64,000 bases of DNA from Candidatus Obscuribacteraceae bacterium (GCA_044229845.1 JBGASG010000001.1:32001-96000); one strand, 5' to 3'; shown: positions 1 through 11,149, counted from the stretch's first letter. Numbers and translations: made by a program. The notes: generated by a model not told the origin, from the sequence alone.

Positions 1-866
1 CCTGGTTGCTCGAATATCTGTCGTTCAATCCCCTTGCCGTCGTCGCTGACGCTGATGATCAGCTCTGAGTCGAGGCTGGACATTTCGAGGGTGATGGTCG
101 ATGCCTGTGCATGCATAATGGCGTTGGTGATTGCCTCTTCGACGACGCGATAGATGACGATTGTCTCCAGTTCGTTCAACTGAGAGACGAGCTCCGGTTG
201 CGAGCGATCTCTGAATCTGGCTTTGCATTTGGCAGCGCGGCAGGCGCGGCTGAGCATGGCATCTAAGGTATCGGTGAGCCCAATCACATTCAGCTGGGCG
301 GGATAGAGTTTATCCATGATGTCCCGCGTCTCTGTCATTACTGCCGACAGCTTGTTAGTAATGTTGGTGAACTCTTCACGCTCAAGATTGCTCTTGTGTT
401 TGTACAGAGCTTCTACTACTGCCTTTTGGTCGTTGAGGGCCTGATCGTGCAGGTCGGCGGCCAGCAGGTAGCGATTGACCTCATCGGATTTCAGCAACTC
501 CAGTTGCGATGCGGCTACTTCGCGGTTTTGCCCGCTGAGCTGTTCGGCTTGTTGCACGCTGATATCGTTTCTTTCTTGAATTCTGCCGGCGATTACTCCC
601 GCTCCCGCACCAAAGATGGTGGCGAGTGCGGGGGCGTGAAACACTGGAAGAAACATCGCGGCAGCTCCAGCTGTTCCCAGCGCTGCTGCCAGCTTCCAGT
701 TTCTTCTCCCGACCAGGCATGAAAGCAGCCCGGCGGATGCTGTTAGAAACAAGGTCAGCCATCCTTGTTCGGCAAAGCCAACCACAGCCGAAATCACGAC
801 CACAAACGCCGCTATCTGTGCGGTGGCGTTTTTCAGGTCTGATTCGTCAGGGGGGCGCTCGTCCAT
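1..866 (-). CDS. Membrane-bound sensor histidine kinase (HisKA_3/HATPase, NarX/UhpB type), 3' end outside window
   Basis: Manual translation from ATG at 866: hydrophobic N-terminus, H-box LAADLHD, N-box IYRVVEEAITNAIMHA, G1 box SDDGKG. Open to the window edge, so absent from the ORF track. Confidence 0.85.
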   Translation of the reverse strand, partial: MDERPPDESDLKNATAQIAAFVVVISAVVGFAEQGWLTLFLTASAGLLSCLVGRRNWKLAAALGTAGAAAMFLPVFHAPALATIFGAGAGVIAGRIQERNDISVQQAEQLSGQNREVAASQLELLKSDEVNRYLLAADLHDQALNDQKAVVEALYKHKSNLEREEFTNITNKLSAVMTETRDIMDKLYPAQLNVIGLTDTLDAMLSRACRAAKCKARFRDRSQPELVSQLNELETIVIYRVVEEAITNAIMHAQASTITLEMSSLDSELIISVSDDGKGIERQIFEQP

Positions 867-1053
867 CCTATAAATAGTACTGCCCCGGAACGGTGTGGGA
901 TGCCACACTTGTAGGAAGGTGCCCCAGCGCTTACCTTATAGACACACCGCACCGGATACCCGCTCCCTGAACACCAGGCGGTCAAGCCAGACGACGCAAG
1001 CTGCGGAGCTTGAGTTGCCGGCTGTTAATTAAGTCATTGTAGGAGGCGCAACA

Positions 1054-1520
1054 ATGTCACTATTCAATCATGTCAATGAGCTGGGCTTAGATGTCGTCAA
1101 AGTCGGAAAAGATGTTGCAGTCATTGGCAACGATCCAATCAACTCTCGCTGTTAGCTGTTACTACCGTAGCCGATAAGGCAACAATGCCGATCAGAGCTG
1201 GTGCTACTCAGCTGTACAACGAAAACAAACAGCTCGTCGATAGTGCCGCCAACCTGGCACAAGGCGCGGACACCAAGTCAAAGACGGCGTAGTCAACGAA
1301 GCGCAAAGGCTGGTCGCGGTTTCATCCGCACAGCACTGGCTGTGAAACAAGCTGGTGAGGCAACGATGGTGTTGTGGATGCAACGCAGACAGAAGCTGCA
1401 AGAATCGGCAATCAGATCACGCAACGGCCGATGACGACCATGCTTGAAATGGCGTTGCTCCCGCCGCTGGAGATTATTGATGCCAACCTGCGCGGCGACG
1501 CTTCCCAACAGGGTTCGTAA
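1054..1520 (+). pseudogene. Degraded gene of unknown function
   Basis: Strong RBS AGGAGG before ATG 1054 but a stop after 33 codons. Protein-like fragments continue in shifting frames (ATQLYNENKQLVDSAANLAQG; DGVVDATQTEAARIGNQITQRP...GS*). Confidence 0.4.
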
Positions 1521-1859
1521 GTTTCGCCCAGCCCACTGCCAGTGTCCTCGAGTACTTTAAATAGGTATGTAGGGACGACACGAGAGGACCCTGGCAACTT
1601 ACTATACGGTTTTAAACGGTTGGTTCGTGCACTCTACCCCTCCGACAGCATCTCCCGCATTGGTGCTGTCGGAGTTTCCTTTGGTGCCGGAAACAGCACA
1701 AAGCGGACGGTGAACAAACAGTGTGGGTCTCCACACCTGACAGCCGCGCGCTCAGTGCCTATAGTTTAAGAACCAGCGATTCCCACCGCCGCAAGTTCCA
1801 TCCATTTCCCTCTCACGCATTTACGTTCTGAACCGGGCTGGTTCAGGAAGGAGTTCCAC

Positions 1860-2318
1860 ATGACTGAAGTTAGTAAAGCTGGTGATGTTAACGCCGCAAC
1901 GAATCCTGTTGGCGATAGCAGCCCATGGGCAGCCGTTTCGCAGTGGGTGACCGATTCCGCAAAGCAAGGTTCCGCCACCAACTCGTCGTCTGATTCGCCC
2001 AATGGGGCAATCAAGCAAACTGAAGGCAACTTGCCGAACATCTCGATTGAAAACAGCAAAGACGGTGCACCGGGCGGCGGCGGACATTCCGCTGACGACA
2101 GTCAAGATGCACAACAGGAAGGTCAAGACGGACAGGGCAGAAAGAAACTCGAAGCCGTGCCGAAAGGAGAGGGCACCGGACAGGGTCAACAAGGAGCGCC
2201 GGGACCTCACGAAGGTCAAACGCCGAGCGGCAGCAGTGAAAAAGGTAAGCCCGGCTGCGCCGAAGAAGGCGAACAGACCGGCGGACAGGGCAATAAGCCC
2301 CATCCCACCAAGCACTAA
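1860..2318 (+). CDS. Low-complexity Gly/Gln/Ser-rich hypothetical protein
   Basis: 152-aa ORF with AGGAG RBS upstream. Confidence 0.6.
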   Translation: MTEVSKAGDVNAATNPVGDSSPWAAVSQWVTDSAKQGSATNSSSDSPNGAIKQTEGNLPNISIENSKDGAPGGGGHSADDSQDAQQEGQDGQGRKKLEAVPKGEGTGQGQQGAPGPHEGQTPSGSSEKGKPGCAEEGEQTGGQGNKPHPTKH

Positions 2319-2427
2319 GCCGCATACACCAATCAGAGAAGACAGCACCACTCATGGTGCTGTCTTCTTGTTTCAGATATTCGCGCCACGCTGACAACTG
2401 TTGTGCCATTACAATGGACATATCTAA

Positions 2428-2522
2428 GGGGATGCAGCGTCGCTGGTGTGGTGCTCGGTCTTCAAAACCGTTGTGGGGCAGTCAGTGCTGTCCTTGGTGG
2501 GTTCGATTCCTACGCATCCCCG
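2428..2522 (+). tRNA. selC: tRNA-Sec (anticodon UCA)
   Basis: 8-bp acceptor stem GGGGATGC/GCATCCCC, extended D-stem, anticodon loop CTTCAAA, long variable arm, GTTCGATT T-loop, G discriminator. CCA not encoded. Confidence 0.93.
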
Positions 2523-2603
2523 CCTCTTTACTGTAAAGTGCGTTTTTTCTCAGACAGTGGTGGCAATTAAGGCTTTACAAACGATCTAAAGCGCATATAA
2601 TGT

Positions 2604-3680
2604 TTGCGATATCTGACGCCCTCGGGCCTAGAAAGTAGATGCCGCTTGGATACTCGGCAATCTCCACATATTCCACAGCAGTGGCTTGACCAGTTCGCCG
2701 TTTATTTAGAGTTCGAGAGAAACTACTCGTCTCATACTATTCGCGCCTACGTAAATGACCTGAAGCAGTTCATGACCGATGGTACGACTGCCCACACTGT
2801 CATTGAAACCGGCAACGGCAATGGTTTTAGCGACAATGGCATCGATAACAACACGTTGAACTTTCAACCGCCCAACGGCGGCGGACAGCTCGAAGCTGAC
2901 AAGCTGCGCGCGTACGTTCAATCGATTCAAGAACGTTATAGCCGTCAAACAGTGGTGCGCAAGGTCTCGGCCATCCGCACGTTCTGCCGTTATTTGCGCC
3001 GCGAACAACTGATCGACGAAGACCCGTCGAAAATGGTGCGCGGACCAAAACTGTCCAGACGGTTGCCACCATGTCTTGATAAAGAAGAAGTAGCTCGCCT
3101 GTTTGCGGCAACTGAACAACCTGCGGGAGACGATGGCGAAGCTCAGAACAACATTCGCGACAGAGCGATTTTGGAAACTCTTTACGCGACCGGTATTCGT
3201 GTCAGCGAACTGTGCAGCGCTCGGCTGTGCGATCTCAACCTGGAATCCATGGAACTGCGTGTGTTCGGCAAAGGCTCGCGCGAGCGCGTCGTTTTGCTCA
3301 ACAACAGCGCCGCCGATTGGTTGAAACAATACCTGGAACAACGCGGTCAGCGCCGCCGTGGCGAAGGCGAACCGTCAGCGATTGTTGATGTGAACAATCC
3401 TGAAGCGCCGCTATTCGTCAGCCGTCAGTCAACTCCGTTGTCGACGCGCTCGGTGCACCGTATCGTTCTGAAATACGCCCGTCTGGCCGGCATCGACAAG
3501 GTGATCACTCCGCATACCCTGCGGCATACCTTTGCGACGCACCTGCTTGAAGGGGGAGCCGATCTCCGTGTAGTGCAAGATCTCCTGGGTCACTCCAGCA
3601 TCAGCACGACGCAGATCTACACCCACGTGAGCATGGAAAGACTACGTCGTATTTACATAGCCAGCCATCCTCGTGCGTAG
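2604..3680 (+). CDS. xerC: XerC/XerD-family site-specific tyrosine recombinase
   Basis: YSSHTIRAY, LYATGIRVSEL, GKGSRER, PHTLRHTFATHLLEGGADLRVVQDLLGH, TQIYTH motifs. Start uncertain; C vs D not resolvable. Confidence 0.9.
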   Translation: MRYLTPSGLESRCRLDTRQSPHIPQQWLDQFAVYLEFERNYSSHTIRAYVNDLKQFMTDGTTAHTVIETGNGNGFSDNGIDNNTLNFQPPNGGGQLEADKLRAYVQSIQERYSRQTVVRKVSAIRTFCRYLRREQLIDEDPSKMVRGPKLSRRLPPCLDKEEVARLFAATEQPAGDDGEAQNNIRDRAILETLYATGIRVSELCSARLCDLNLESMELRVFGKGSRERVVLLNNSAADWLKQYLEQRGQRRRGEGEPSAIVDVNNPEAPLFVSRQSTPLSTRSVHRIVLKYARLAGIDKVITPHTLRHTFATHLLEGGADLRVVQDLLGHSSISTTQIYTHVSMERLRRIYIASHPRA

Positions 3681-3737
3681 TAAAGCGCTATAATCGCCCT
3701 ATGGGTGATGCTGTAGTGGCATGCTCTATAAAATCTG

Positions 3738-3765
3738 GAGGGCGACGCTTGTGGCGTCGCCCCTC
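3738..3765. repeat. GC-rich hairpin (REP-like element or terminator)
   Basis: GGGCGACGC-ttgtg-GCGTCGCCC inverted repeat between xerC and PBP1A. Confidence 0.5.
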
Positions 3766-3791
3766 GGGTCCAAAGCGGTGGTTTTCAACCC

Positions 3792-6269
3792 GTGGCTAGA
3801 CAAAAGCGGGCGGCCAACAAAAAGAAGAAAAAGGGCGGTTTCTGGTCAACCGTTCAGCGTGTTGTCCTCATCCTCCTTTTCATTGTTGCTCTGCCCGTAG
3901 GATATGGAGTCGCATTCGTCTGGCAGTCCCTCAAGGACCTGCCGGACATTTCACTTCTGGAGAAGTACGAGCCCATCGAAGCGATTCAGATTTTCGACCG
4001 CAACGACCACCTGATTTGTACGGTGGAAGGCGACGAAGACAGACGGGTCGTGCCTCTGACGGCGGTATCGACGCAAATGCAGCAAGCCATGCTGGCGGCT
4101 GAAGATCACCACTTTTACGAACACCACGGCATCAACTTCATGAGTATCGGCCGCGCGCTGCTCACCAACGTGCAGGCGGGCAAAGTGCGTGAAGGCGGCT
4201 CGACCATTACTCAACAGCTGGTAAAGAACCTCTTCTTTGAAGACGCGAAGAGGACGTTCGACCGCAAAATCAAAGAAGCGTTCATTTCTTATGAAGTAGA
4301 GAGCCGGTACAAGAAAGAGAAGATTCTCGAGATGTACCTGAACCAGGTCTATTTCGGTAACGGTGGATACGGCATCGAGCGCGCCGCGCAAAGGTATTTC
4401 GGCAAGAGTGCCGGACAGCTGACGCTTGCCGAGTCAGCGTTTTTGGCTGGGCTGGTGAAGGCGCCAACCGAGATGGGTAACTCTTCAAATCGCACGGCGT
4501 CTATAGAAAGACAGCGCGAGATACTCGACAAAATGGTTGAGTACGGCTACGTGACGAAGGGACAAGCAGATGATGCACGCAAGCAAAAGCTGGTCTTCAA
4601 GAAAACCGTCAATCCGCTGCAAAAGTATCCGTTCTATATTAGTTTTGTTCTCGAGCAGTTGCGCCAGCACTTCAGTGCCAATGAAATGCGCCGCCAGGGG
4701 CTGCGCGTCTACACTAATCTCGATCCCAGTGCGCAAGACCTGGCCGAGAAAATTCTCGCAGAAGAGATCAAAAAGGCACCGCCGGGAGTATCGCAGGGTG
4801 CGCTGGTTTCAGTGTCCGTTCGTGACGGAGCTGTGGTGGCACTGGTCGGAGGTGTTGGCGACTACTGGAAAAACCAGTGGAATCGCGCTACCAACCCGCA
4901 CACCGCCGGCTCGTCCTTCAAACCTTTTGTCTATCTGGCTGCGATTGCTAAGGGCATCTATAAGCCTGATTCGCTGATCGACGATACGCCGATTACCATC
5001 AAACAAGGTTGGGGATTGCCTGATTGGAGTCCGAAAAATTTCGACCACAGATTCATGGGCAAGATCACCATTCGCAAAGCGCTGGCATTGTCACGAAACG
5101 TGCCGGCGGTGCGCGTCGGCAAAGCCGTCGGCATCGACAAGGTCGTCGAAACTGCTCGCCTGTGCGGTATCACCAGCAAACTGGATCAGAACCTTTCGCT
5201 GTCGCTCGGTTCATCGGCGGTGACGCCTCTGGACATGGCAGGAGCCTATGCGACCTTTGCGCGCGGCGGTATTGTCATCAAGCCGCAAGTTATTCGTCGC
5301 ACTGAGAACAACCGCGGTCAGGTGATTCAAAACTTCGAATCGCGCGTCGACAAGGCGTTCGATTCCGAAGCTGTGGCGCGTCTTTTAGATTGTCTGCAAG
5401 AAGTGGTCAATCATGGCACCGGCACCATGGCTAAATTGAAGGATCGTCCGGTGGCGGGCAAAACCGGTACCGCCGATGAAGGCAAAGATATCTGGTTTAC
5501 CGGGTTTACACCGGATATGGTGACCTGCACCTGGGGCGGCAACGACGACAACAAGCCGATTCCCGGACACAACGTCACCGGCGGTGTGGTCATGGCTAAG
5601 ATCTGGAAGCATTACACCGAAGAGTATTACAAGAAACATCCTACGCCGGCCGGCAGCTTCGTCGCGCCCAGCCGCATGTTGGATGTAGAACTGCAGCAGC
5701 AGGAACAACAAACGGAAACCGCACCGACCGTGCCTAAGCTGGTGCCGCTGACGCCCCAGCTGGGTAGTGAAGGCGACATCGTGGAAGGCGACACCACAGC
5801 CACAAATAGCGACGGTAGTGCGCCCACACCGGGAGTCACAGGCGGTCCCTCGACCGCTCCGGCGCCGCTGGAGCCGATCGATGCGCCTCCATCTCAACCC
5901 ATGACCCAGCCTAATCCGACAGCGCCCGCGGCCAATCCGATTGAGTCCCCGGCGCCCGCACCGGTGGCGGCTCCGGCTCCGACAGCGGCGCCCGGCATGC
6001 CTTCGGCGATGGCACCGGCGGTAGCGCCAGCGGTGGCGCCTGCAATCACACCGGCGACTGCCGCGACAGCGTCCCCTGTGCCGGCTCCTGCTTACAAGCC
6101 GACCTTTTCTCGATTACCGGCGGGGGCATCGACCACCGGATCATCAGCGTCGTCATGGTCTCCCGGAAGCACTGGTAAGCGCTTCAGCGCCGGCGACAGC
6201 AGCACCGGTACAACCGTGGGTGGCCGCCGGTTTTCGCCGACGACGACCCAGCCTGGTTCCGGTTTCTAA
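3792..6269 (+). CDS. Class A penicillin-binding protein (PBP1A family) with Pro/Ala/Thr-rich C-terminal tail
   Basis: Transglycosylase motifs EDHHFYEHHG and GGSTITQQLVKN; transpeptidase SSFK, SRN, KTGT. Confidence 0.95.
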   Translation: MARQKRAANKKKKKGGFWSTVQRVVLILLFIVALPVGYGVAFVWQSLKDLPDISLLEKYEPIEAIQIFDRNDHLICTVEGDEDRRVVPLTAVSTQMQQAMLAAEDHHFYEHHGINFMSIGRALLTNVQAGKVREGGSTITQQLVKNLFFEDAKRTFDRKIKEAFISYEVESRYKKEKILEMYLNQVYFGNGGYGIERAAQRYFGKSAGQLTLAESAFLAGLVKAPTEMGNSSNRTASIERQREILDKMVEYGYVTKGQADDARKQKLVFKKTVNPLQKYPFYISFVLEQLRQHFSANEMRRQGLRVYTNLDPSAQDLAEKILAEEIKKAPPGVSQGALVSVSVRDGAVVALVGGVGDYWKNQWNRATNPHTAGSSFKPFVYLAAIAKGIYKPDSLIDDTPITIKQGWGLPDWSPKNFDHRFMGKITIRKALALSRNVPAVRVGKAVGIDKVVETARLCGITSKLDQNLSLSLGSSAVTPLDMAGAYATFARGGIVIKPQVIRRTENNRGQVIQNFESRVDKAFDSEAVARLLDCLQEVVNHGTGTMAKLKDRPVAGKTGTADEGKDIWFTGFTPDMVTCTWGGNDDNKPIPGHNVTGGVVMAKIWKHYTEEYYKKHPTPAGSFVAPSRMLDVELQQQEQQTETAPTVPKLVPLTPQLGSEGDIVEGDTTATNSDGSAPTPGVTGGPSTAPAPLEPIDAPPSQPMTQPNPTAPAANPIESPAPAPVAAPAPTAAPGMPSAMAPAVAPAVAPAITPATAATASPVPAPAYKPTFSRLPAGASTTGSSASSWSPGSTGKRFSAGDSSTGTTVGGRRFSPTTTQPGSGF

Positions 6270-6351
6270 TACCTGCCATAAAAAATTCTCACCAACGAAA
6301 TCGAGCCGCTGGGCGAAGATTATGGCGTGCTGCGGTTTTGAGGCGTAGTCA

Positions 6352-7662
6352 ATGGACCTCTCCCGTTTTCAGGGGTTGCTCGGAGTAATAGCCATATTCG
6401 GCATCGCCTTCTTGATGTCGAACAACAAAAAGCGCATCAACCTGAGGCTCGTGGGCACCGGGCTAGCACTGCAAATTTTGATGGCAGTTTTCGTGCTCAA
6501 AACCGACATCGGGCAGCAAATATTCCGCACCGTCGGCGATGGCATCACTGAGCTGCTGCATTATTCAGACGCCGGGGCTAATTTCGTCTTTGGACCACTG
6601 GCGCCCAATGCGTCGGAAACTGAAAAGACTGTTTCCGCGTTGGGTCCTAGAGGTGCCTTCATTTTTGCGTTTCGCGTCGTGCCAACAATCATCTTCGTCG
6701 CCAGCCTGGTGAGCATTTCCTATTACTTGGGAATTATGCAAAGAGTGGTGCAAGTCATCGCATTTGTCGTCTCAAAGATCATGGGTGCCAGTGGTTCCGA
6801 AGCCCTGTCCAATGCCGCCAGTGTTTTCGTCGGACAGGTTGAAGCGCAGCTTTTAATCAAGCCTTACGTTCCTTCAATGACAATGTCGGAACTGCTGGCT
6901 TCCATGGCCGGTTCGATGGCTTGTGTGGCTGGCGGCGTCTTAGCCGTATATATTGGTTTCGGAATTAAAGCATCGTATCTACTCACAGCTAGCATAATGG
7001 CGGCCCCTGCTGCTTTGGTCATTGCGAAAATCGTTTGGCCCGAAACAGAAGAGTCAAAGACCAAAGGCAAGGTTCAGGTGCACATCGAAAAGACGAACGC
7101 CAACGTCATTGATGCCGCTGCCCATGGTGCTTCAGACGGCTTACGAATTGGATTAAACGTGGTGGCCATGCTGATTGCCTTCATTGCGATCATTGCGTTG
7201 ATAAATGGAGGATTGGGGCTGCTCGGACAGGGACTCAGCAATCTTGGAATGAGTGCGAGCGGGATTGGCATCGATCTCGCAAAGCTGCAAATGGAAGATC
7301 TGTTCGGTCTATTTTTCGCTCCCATTGCATGGCTGCTTGGTTGTCCATGGGGGGACGCTCATCTCGTCGGAACCTTGATGGGCAAGAAAATGGTGATCAA
7401 CGAATTTATCGCCTACACCGAGCTGTCGGCGATTGTCAAAGGGGCGGTGACTGGAGTGTCGCTGTCACCGAAAGCGGAGACTATTGCCACTTTTGCGCTG
7501 TGTGGCTTTGCCAACTTTAGTTCTATCGCCATGCAGATCGGCGGCATCGGCGAAATCGCACCGTCCCGGCGGCAAGACCTGGCGCGGCTGGGCGTCAAGG
7601 CACTTATCTGTGGCACAATGGCCAGCTATCTCTCTGCCACCATCGCTGGTTTGTTGATCTAA
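6352..7662 (+). CDS. nupC: NupC/CNT-family Na+/H+:nucleoside transporter
   Basis: GANFVFG, INEFIAY, FALCGFANFSSI motifs; polytopic membrane protein. Confidence 0.92.
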   Translation: MDLSRFQGLLGVIAIFGIAFLMSNNKKRINLRLVGTGLALQILMAVFVLKTDIGQQIFRTVGDGITELLHYSDAGANFVFGPLAPNASETEKTVSALGPRGAFIFAFRVVPTIIFVASLVSISYYLGIMQRVVQVIAFVVSKIMGASGSEALSNAASVFVGQVEAQLLIKPYVPSMTMSELLASMAGSMACVAGGVLAVYIGFGIKASYLLTASIMAAPAALVIAKIVWPETEESKTKGKVQVHIEKTNANVIDAAAHGASDGLRIGLNVVAMLIAFIAIIALINGGLGLLGQGLSNLGMSASGIGIDLAKLQMEDLFGLFFAPIAWLLGCPWGDAHLVGTLMGKKMVINEFIAYTELSAIVKGAVTGVSLSPKAETIATFALCGFANFSSIAMQIGGIGEIAPSRRQDLARLGVKALICGTMASYLSATIAGLLI

Positions 7663-9825
7663 ATGGCACTACCGAGAATCGCAAGCATAATCATCTGGTG
7701 TGTGGTCGGTGCTGTGGGAGCTTACTCCCTGGGCACGGTAGCCCTGGTGCGCAACGAACAGATCAATGCCATCTGGCTTTTGACGGCAGCACTTTGCACT
7801 TTTGCCATCGGCTATCGGTTCTACAGCAAAATCATCTCCGACAAAATCTTCGCTCTGGACGACGATCGCAAGACACCGGCCGTGGTGATAGATGACGGCA
7901 AGGACTTTCACCCGGCACCGAAGTGGGTCGCCTTCGGGCATCATTTCGCCGCCATCGCCGGTGCCGGTCCGCTGGTGGGTCCGATTCTGGCCGCCCAGTT
8001 CGGCTATCTGCCGGGCACTTTGTGGATTATCATCGGGGTTGTGCTAGCGGGCGCAGTGCAGGACTGCGTGATCTTGTGCGCGTCTATGAGACGAAATGGC
8101 AAATCGCTAGGGCAGATGGCTAAGGAAGAGATTGGTCCTCTAGCCGGAGTGATTTCGCTGACTGCGATCCTGCTCATCATGTTGATCTTGATGGCGGTAT
8201 TGGCTGTCGTCATCGTCAATGCTTTGAAGTCCAGCCCTTGGGGCGCATTTACACTGTTAGCGACGGTTCCGATCGCTATGCTGGTCGGTTTCTACATTCG
8301 AAACATTCGTCCGGGAGCCATCAAAGAAGGTTCGGTAATTGGCGTGGTGCTGACCTTGCTCGCTGTAGTTGCCGGCAAGTGGGTTGCCGAGTCGCCGACC
8401 CTGGCACCAATCTTCACGCAGAGCGGTACGACCATCGCCATCGCCATCATGATCTACGGATTTGTGGCGTCAGTCTTGCCGGTCTGGATGCTGCTTTTGC
8501 CGCGCGATTATCTGTCGGCATATATCAAGATTGGCACGATCAGCGCGCTGGCACTGGGCATTTTTCTGGTGCGTCCGACACTGCAGATGCCGGCTACCAC
8601 GATTTTCTTCACTAACGGGCAGGGTCCGCTTTTTTACGGTGACGTCTTTCCGTTCTGTTTCATAACTATTGCTTGTGGTGCTATCTCCGGCTTCCATTCG
8701 CTGGTGTCATCGGGGACGACTCCCAAGATGATCACCAAGGAACGCGATGCGCGCGCCATCGGATATGGTTCCATGCTTTGCGAAGCCGCGGTGGCAATCA
8801 TGGCGATTGTGGCGGCAGGCGTTCTTGCTCCTGGCTGTTACTTCGCGATCAACAGCCCGGCGGGCGTGGTCGGCGCGGATCCGGCAACCGCAGCCACCAA
8901 AATTTCATCCTGGAACTATCTGGTGACCGTGGAGCAGATGAATCAGTTGGCTCAAAATGTCGGTGAGACCTCACTCTGGGGGCGCACCGGCGGCGGACCG
9001 ACTCTGGCTGTCGGCATGGCTCACATCTTTTCGCAGGCGCTGGGCGGTTTCGCCCAGGCGTTCTGGTATCACTTCGCGATCATGTTCGAGGCACTCTTCA
9101 TTCTCACTTGCCTCGATGCCGGGACCCGGGTTGGACGGTTTCTTCTCCAGGACTTTCTAGGTCTATTGTGGGCGCCGCTTGGCAAGACCAGCTGGTATCC
9201 TTCGATTCTGCTCAGCTCGTTTTTGATTGTTGCCGGCTGGGGGTATTTCCTCTATCAGGGCATTGTCGATCCGCTGGGCGGTGTCAATAGTCTCTGGCCG
9301 CTTTTCGGCATTTCCAACCAATTGCTGGCAGTGGTGGCACTCTGTGTCGGCACGACTGTAATCATCAAAATGGGCAGAGCCAGGTGGTGTTGGATCACGA
9401 TTGCCCCGCTGGTGTGGCTGCTTGCTGTAACCCTCACCGCCGGCTATCAAAAGGTATTCAGCGATAATCCGAAGCTCGGTTTTATGGCGCATGCTCGGTC
9501 ACTGGCAGACAAAATCACAAGCGGTGCCATCATCGACCCGGCGGAGATAGCAAAGACCAAAACGCTGATCTTCAACGACTATCTGGATGCGTTTGTCGGC
9601 GGGCTTTTCATGGCGCTCGTACTGGTGGTCGTGATAGCCGCGGTGAGGGCGTGGTTCCGAAAATCCCCAGCGCAGCCTGCTGAATCAGGCGCTTCTGAGA
9701 AGCCTGCCACCAGTCCCGGACTGCCACCGGAGTGTCCTGAACTTGTGGACGGCACGGGGCTGGCTCGCGCTGCCGACATGTTGAATGGACTCCGCGACGG
9801 CGACAATCCGTTGCGTTGCTGCTGA
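7663..9825 (+). CDS. cstA: Carbon starvation protein CstA/BtsT-family transporter
   Basis: [40 protein letters not shown] motifs. Confidence 0.95.
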   Translation: MALPRIASIIIWCVVGAVGAYSLGTVALVRNEQINAIWLLTAALCTFAIGYRFYSKIISDKIFALDDDRKTPAVVIDDGKDFHPAPKWVAFGHHFAAIAGAGPLVGPILAAQFGYLPGTLWIIIGVVLAGAVQDCVILCASMRRNGKSLGQMAKEEIGPLAGVISLTAILLIMLILMAVLAVVIVNALKSSPWGAFTLLATVPIAMLVGFYIRNIRPGAIKEGSVIGVVLTLLAVVAGKWVAESPTLAPIFTQSGTTIAIAIMIYGFVASVLPVWMLLLPRDYLSAYIKIGTISALALGIFLVRPTLQMPATTIFFTNGQGPLFYGDVFPFCFITIACGAISGFHSLVSSGTTPKMITKERDARAIGYGSMLCEAAVAIMAIVAAGVLAPGCYFAINSPAGVVGADPATAATKISSWNYLVTVEQMNQLAQNVGETSLWGRTGGGPTLAVGMAHIFSQALGGFAQAFWYHFAIMFEALFILTCLDAGTRVGRFLLQDFLGLLWAPLGKTSWYPSILLSSFLIVAGWGYFLYQGIVDPLGGVNSLWPLFGISNQLLAVVALCVGTTVIIKMGRARWCWITIAPLVWLLAVTLTAGYQKVFSDNPKLGFMAHARSLADKITSGAIIDPAEIAKTKTLIFNDYLDAFVGGLFMALVLVVVIAAVRAWFRKSPAQPAESGASEKPATSPGLPPECPELVDGTGLARAADMLNGLRDGDNPLRCC

Positions 9826-9826
9826 T

Positions 9827-11149
9827 ATGGCTAAGAAAAATCCCCAACTCAGGATAGATCAATCCGGACAAGATCCTAAGGATCCTGAGTTTTCGTTGAT
9901 GGTGCCGGAGAAGCAGAAGGCACTTGAGGCGATCAAGAAACTGAAGTTTCGCACCACTCCGCCGGAACTGGCGTCGACTTCCGGACTAACTATCAACCAG
10001 TCGCAGTACTGGCTTAATAAGATCGCCGGAGAAACCAAAGGCAAACTCGAAGTCGCCAACGACGGCACGATCTTCTATTCCTTTTCGCCGGCTTTCACTA
10101 ACGCCTACTTGCAGCGCGGGTTTCGCAGAGCGGCACTGCTTTTTGGTGCGGCGATGTTCCAGTTTCTTTACTGGGTCGTTCGCATGTCTTTTGGCGTCGC
10201 GTTGGTCGGCTCGATTCTTGTGATTTTGTGCATTATTCTTGCCATCATGCTGGCTGCACTTGCGGACAGCAACAGCAACGACGGCGGCGATTTCTTCGAC
10301 TGGATCGACTTGCGTTTCTTGCTAGACCTGTTCGCGTGGAACTACAGTCCATCGGTCAACTACTACGCTAACAGCGTTCCCAGTACACAGCGTGACAGAT
10401 ACAACAACATCTTCATCGAAAAGAAGAAGAGCAATTACTTTGTCGCTTGCTTCTCATTCTTGTTTGGTGACGGTGCTCCCAACTCTAATCTGGAGCAGAT
10501 TCGCTGGCAGCACATTGCCCGCATCATCAAGGAAAATGGTGGTGTGGTTTCGACCGAGCAGCTGGCGCCGTTTCTTGACGGAGACCGCTCTGACTCGGGC
10601 AAAATCATGAGTGCACTGGCGCAATTCAATGGCAAACCGGAGGTCACCAAAAGCGGTTACATCGTTTATGTGTTTCCCGACTTTCTGGTGCCCGGCGCGG
10701 CGCCGGCCTTGCCGCCAATGAGCGCCGACAATTATTTGAAGGAAGACTATTGGAAATTCTCGGCGTTCGAAGACAAGATTCCCATGGTGTTGACACTGGC
10801 GGTCTTGAACTTCGCAGGCAGCTGGTGGCTATTCAAGCACATCGCGACGATCACTCTAGTGCACGCTCTTGCTGTTTTGGTCGACGTGCTGCTCACCTAT
10901 GCAATTGTCTTTTTGATGATTCCGCTGATCCGTTTTCTTGTGCTGATGGTGTTGAACAAGCGAATCGATGCGCGCAACGAACGACGTAGGCAGGCTTGGG
11001 AACTGGTTGCAGAGCCGAAGGACGATGTCTGGGAAGAACTGAAAGAAGCGAAGCAGATCCGGTTGGAACAGCTAGATGGACTCACCGCCGATAGTACTAT
11101 CGTCTACGACTCAGACAAAGATTATTTGGAGCAACAGTTCGACAAATAG
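9827..11149 (+). CDS. Conserved membrane protein of cyanobacterial/plastid type (At5g03900-like)
   Basis: DGTIFYSF, FSFLFGDGAPN, GGVVSTEQLAPFL, FNGKPEV motifs recalled from this family. ATG lies 1 nt after the cstA stop. Confidence 0.75.
   Translation: MAKKNPQLRIDQSGQDPKDPEFSLMVPEKQKALEAIKKLKFRTTPPELASTSGLTINQSQYWLNKIAGETKGKLEVANDGTIFYSFSPAFTNAYLQRGFRRAALLFGAAMFQFLYWVVRMSFGVALVGSILVILCIILAIMLAALADSNSNDGGDFFDWIDLRFLLDLFAWNYSPSVNYYANSVPSTQRDRYNNIFIEKKKSNYFVACFSFLFGDGAPNSNLEQIRWQHIARIIKENGGVVSTEQLAPFLDGDRSDSGKIMSALAQFNGKPEVTKSGYIVYVFPDFLVPGAAPALPPMSADNYLKEDYWKFSAFEDKIPMVLTLAVLNFAGSWWLFKHIATITLVHALAVLVDVLLTYAIVFLMIPLIRFLVLMVLNKRIDARNERRRQAWELVAEPKDDVWEELKEAKQIRLEQLDGLTADSTIVYDSDKDYLEQQFDK

Noticed and set aside
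870..1030. Structured ncRNA or riboswitch upstream of the histidine kinase
   Set aside because: No recognisable family motif; it may be a decayed 5' coding region
2428..3680. selC next to a tyrosine recombinase as a selC-targeted genomic island
   Set aside because: The protein has housekeeping XerC/D motifs and no arm-binding domain, core genes follow, and I saw no duplicated selC 3' end
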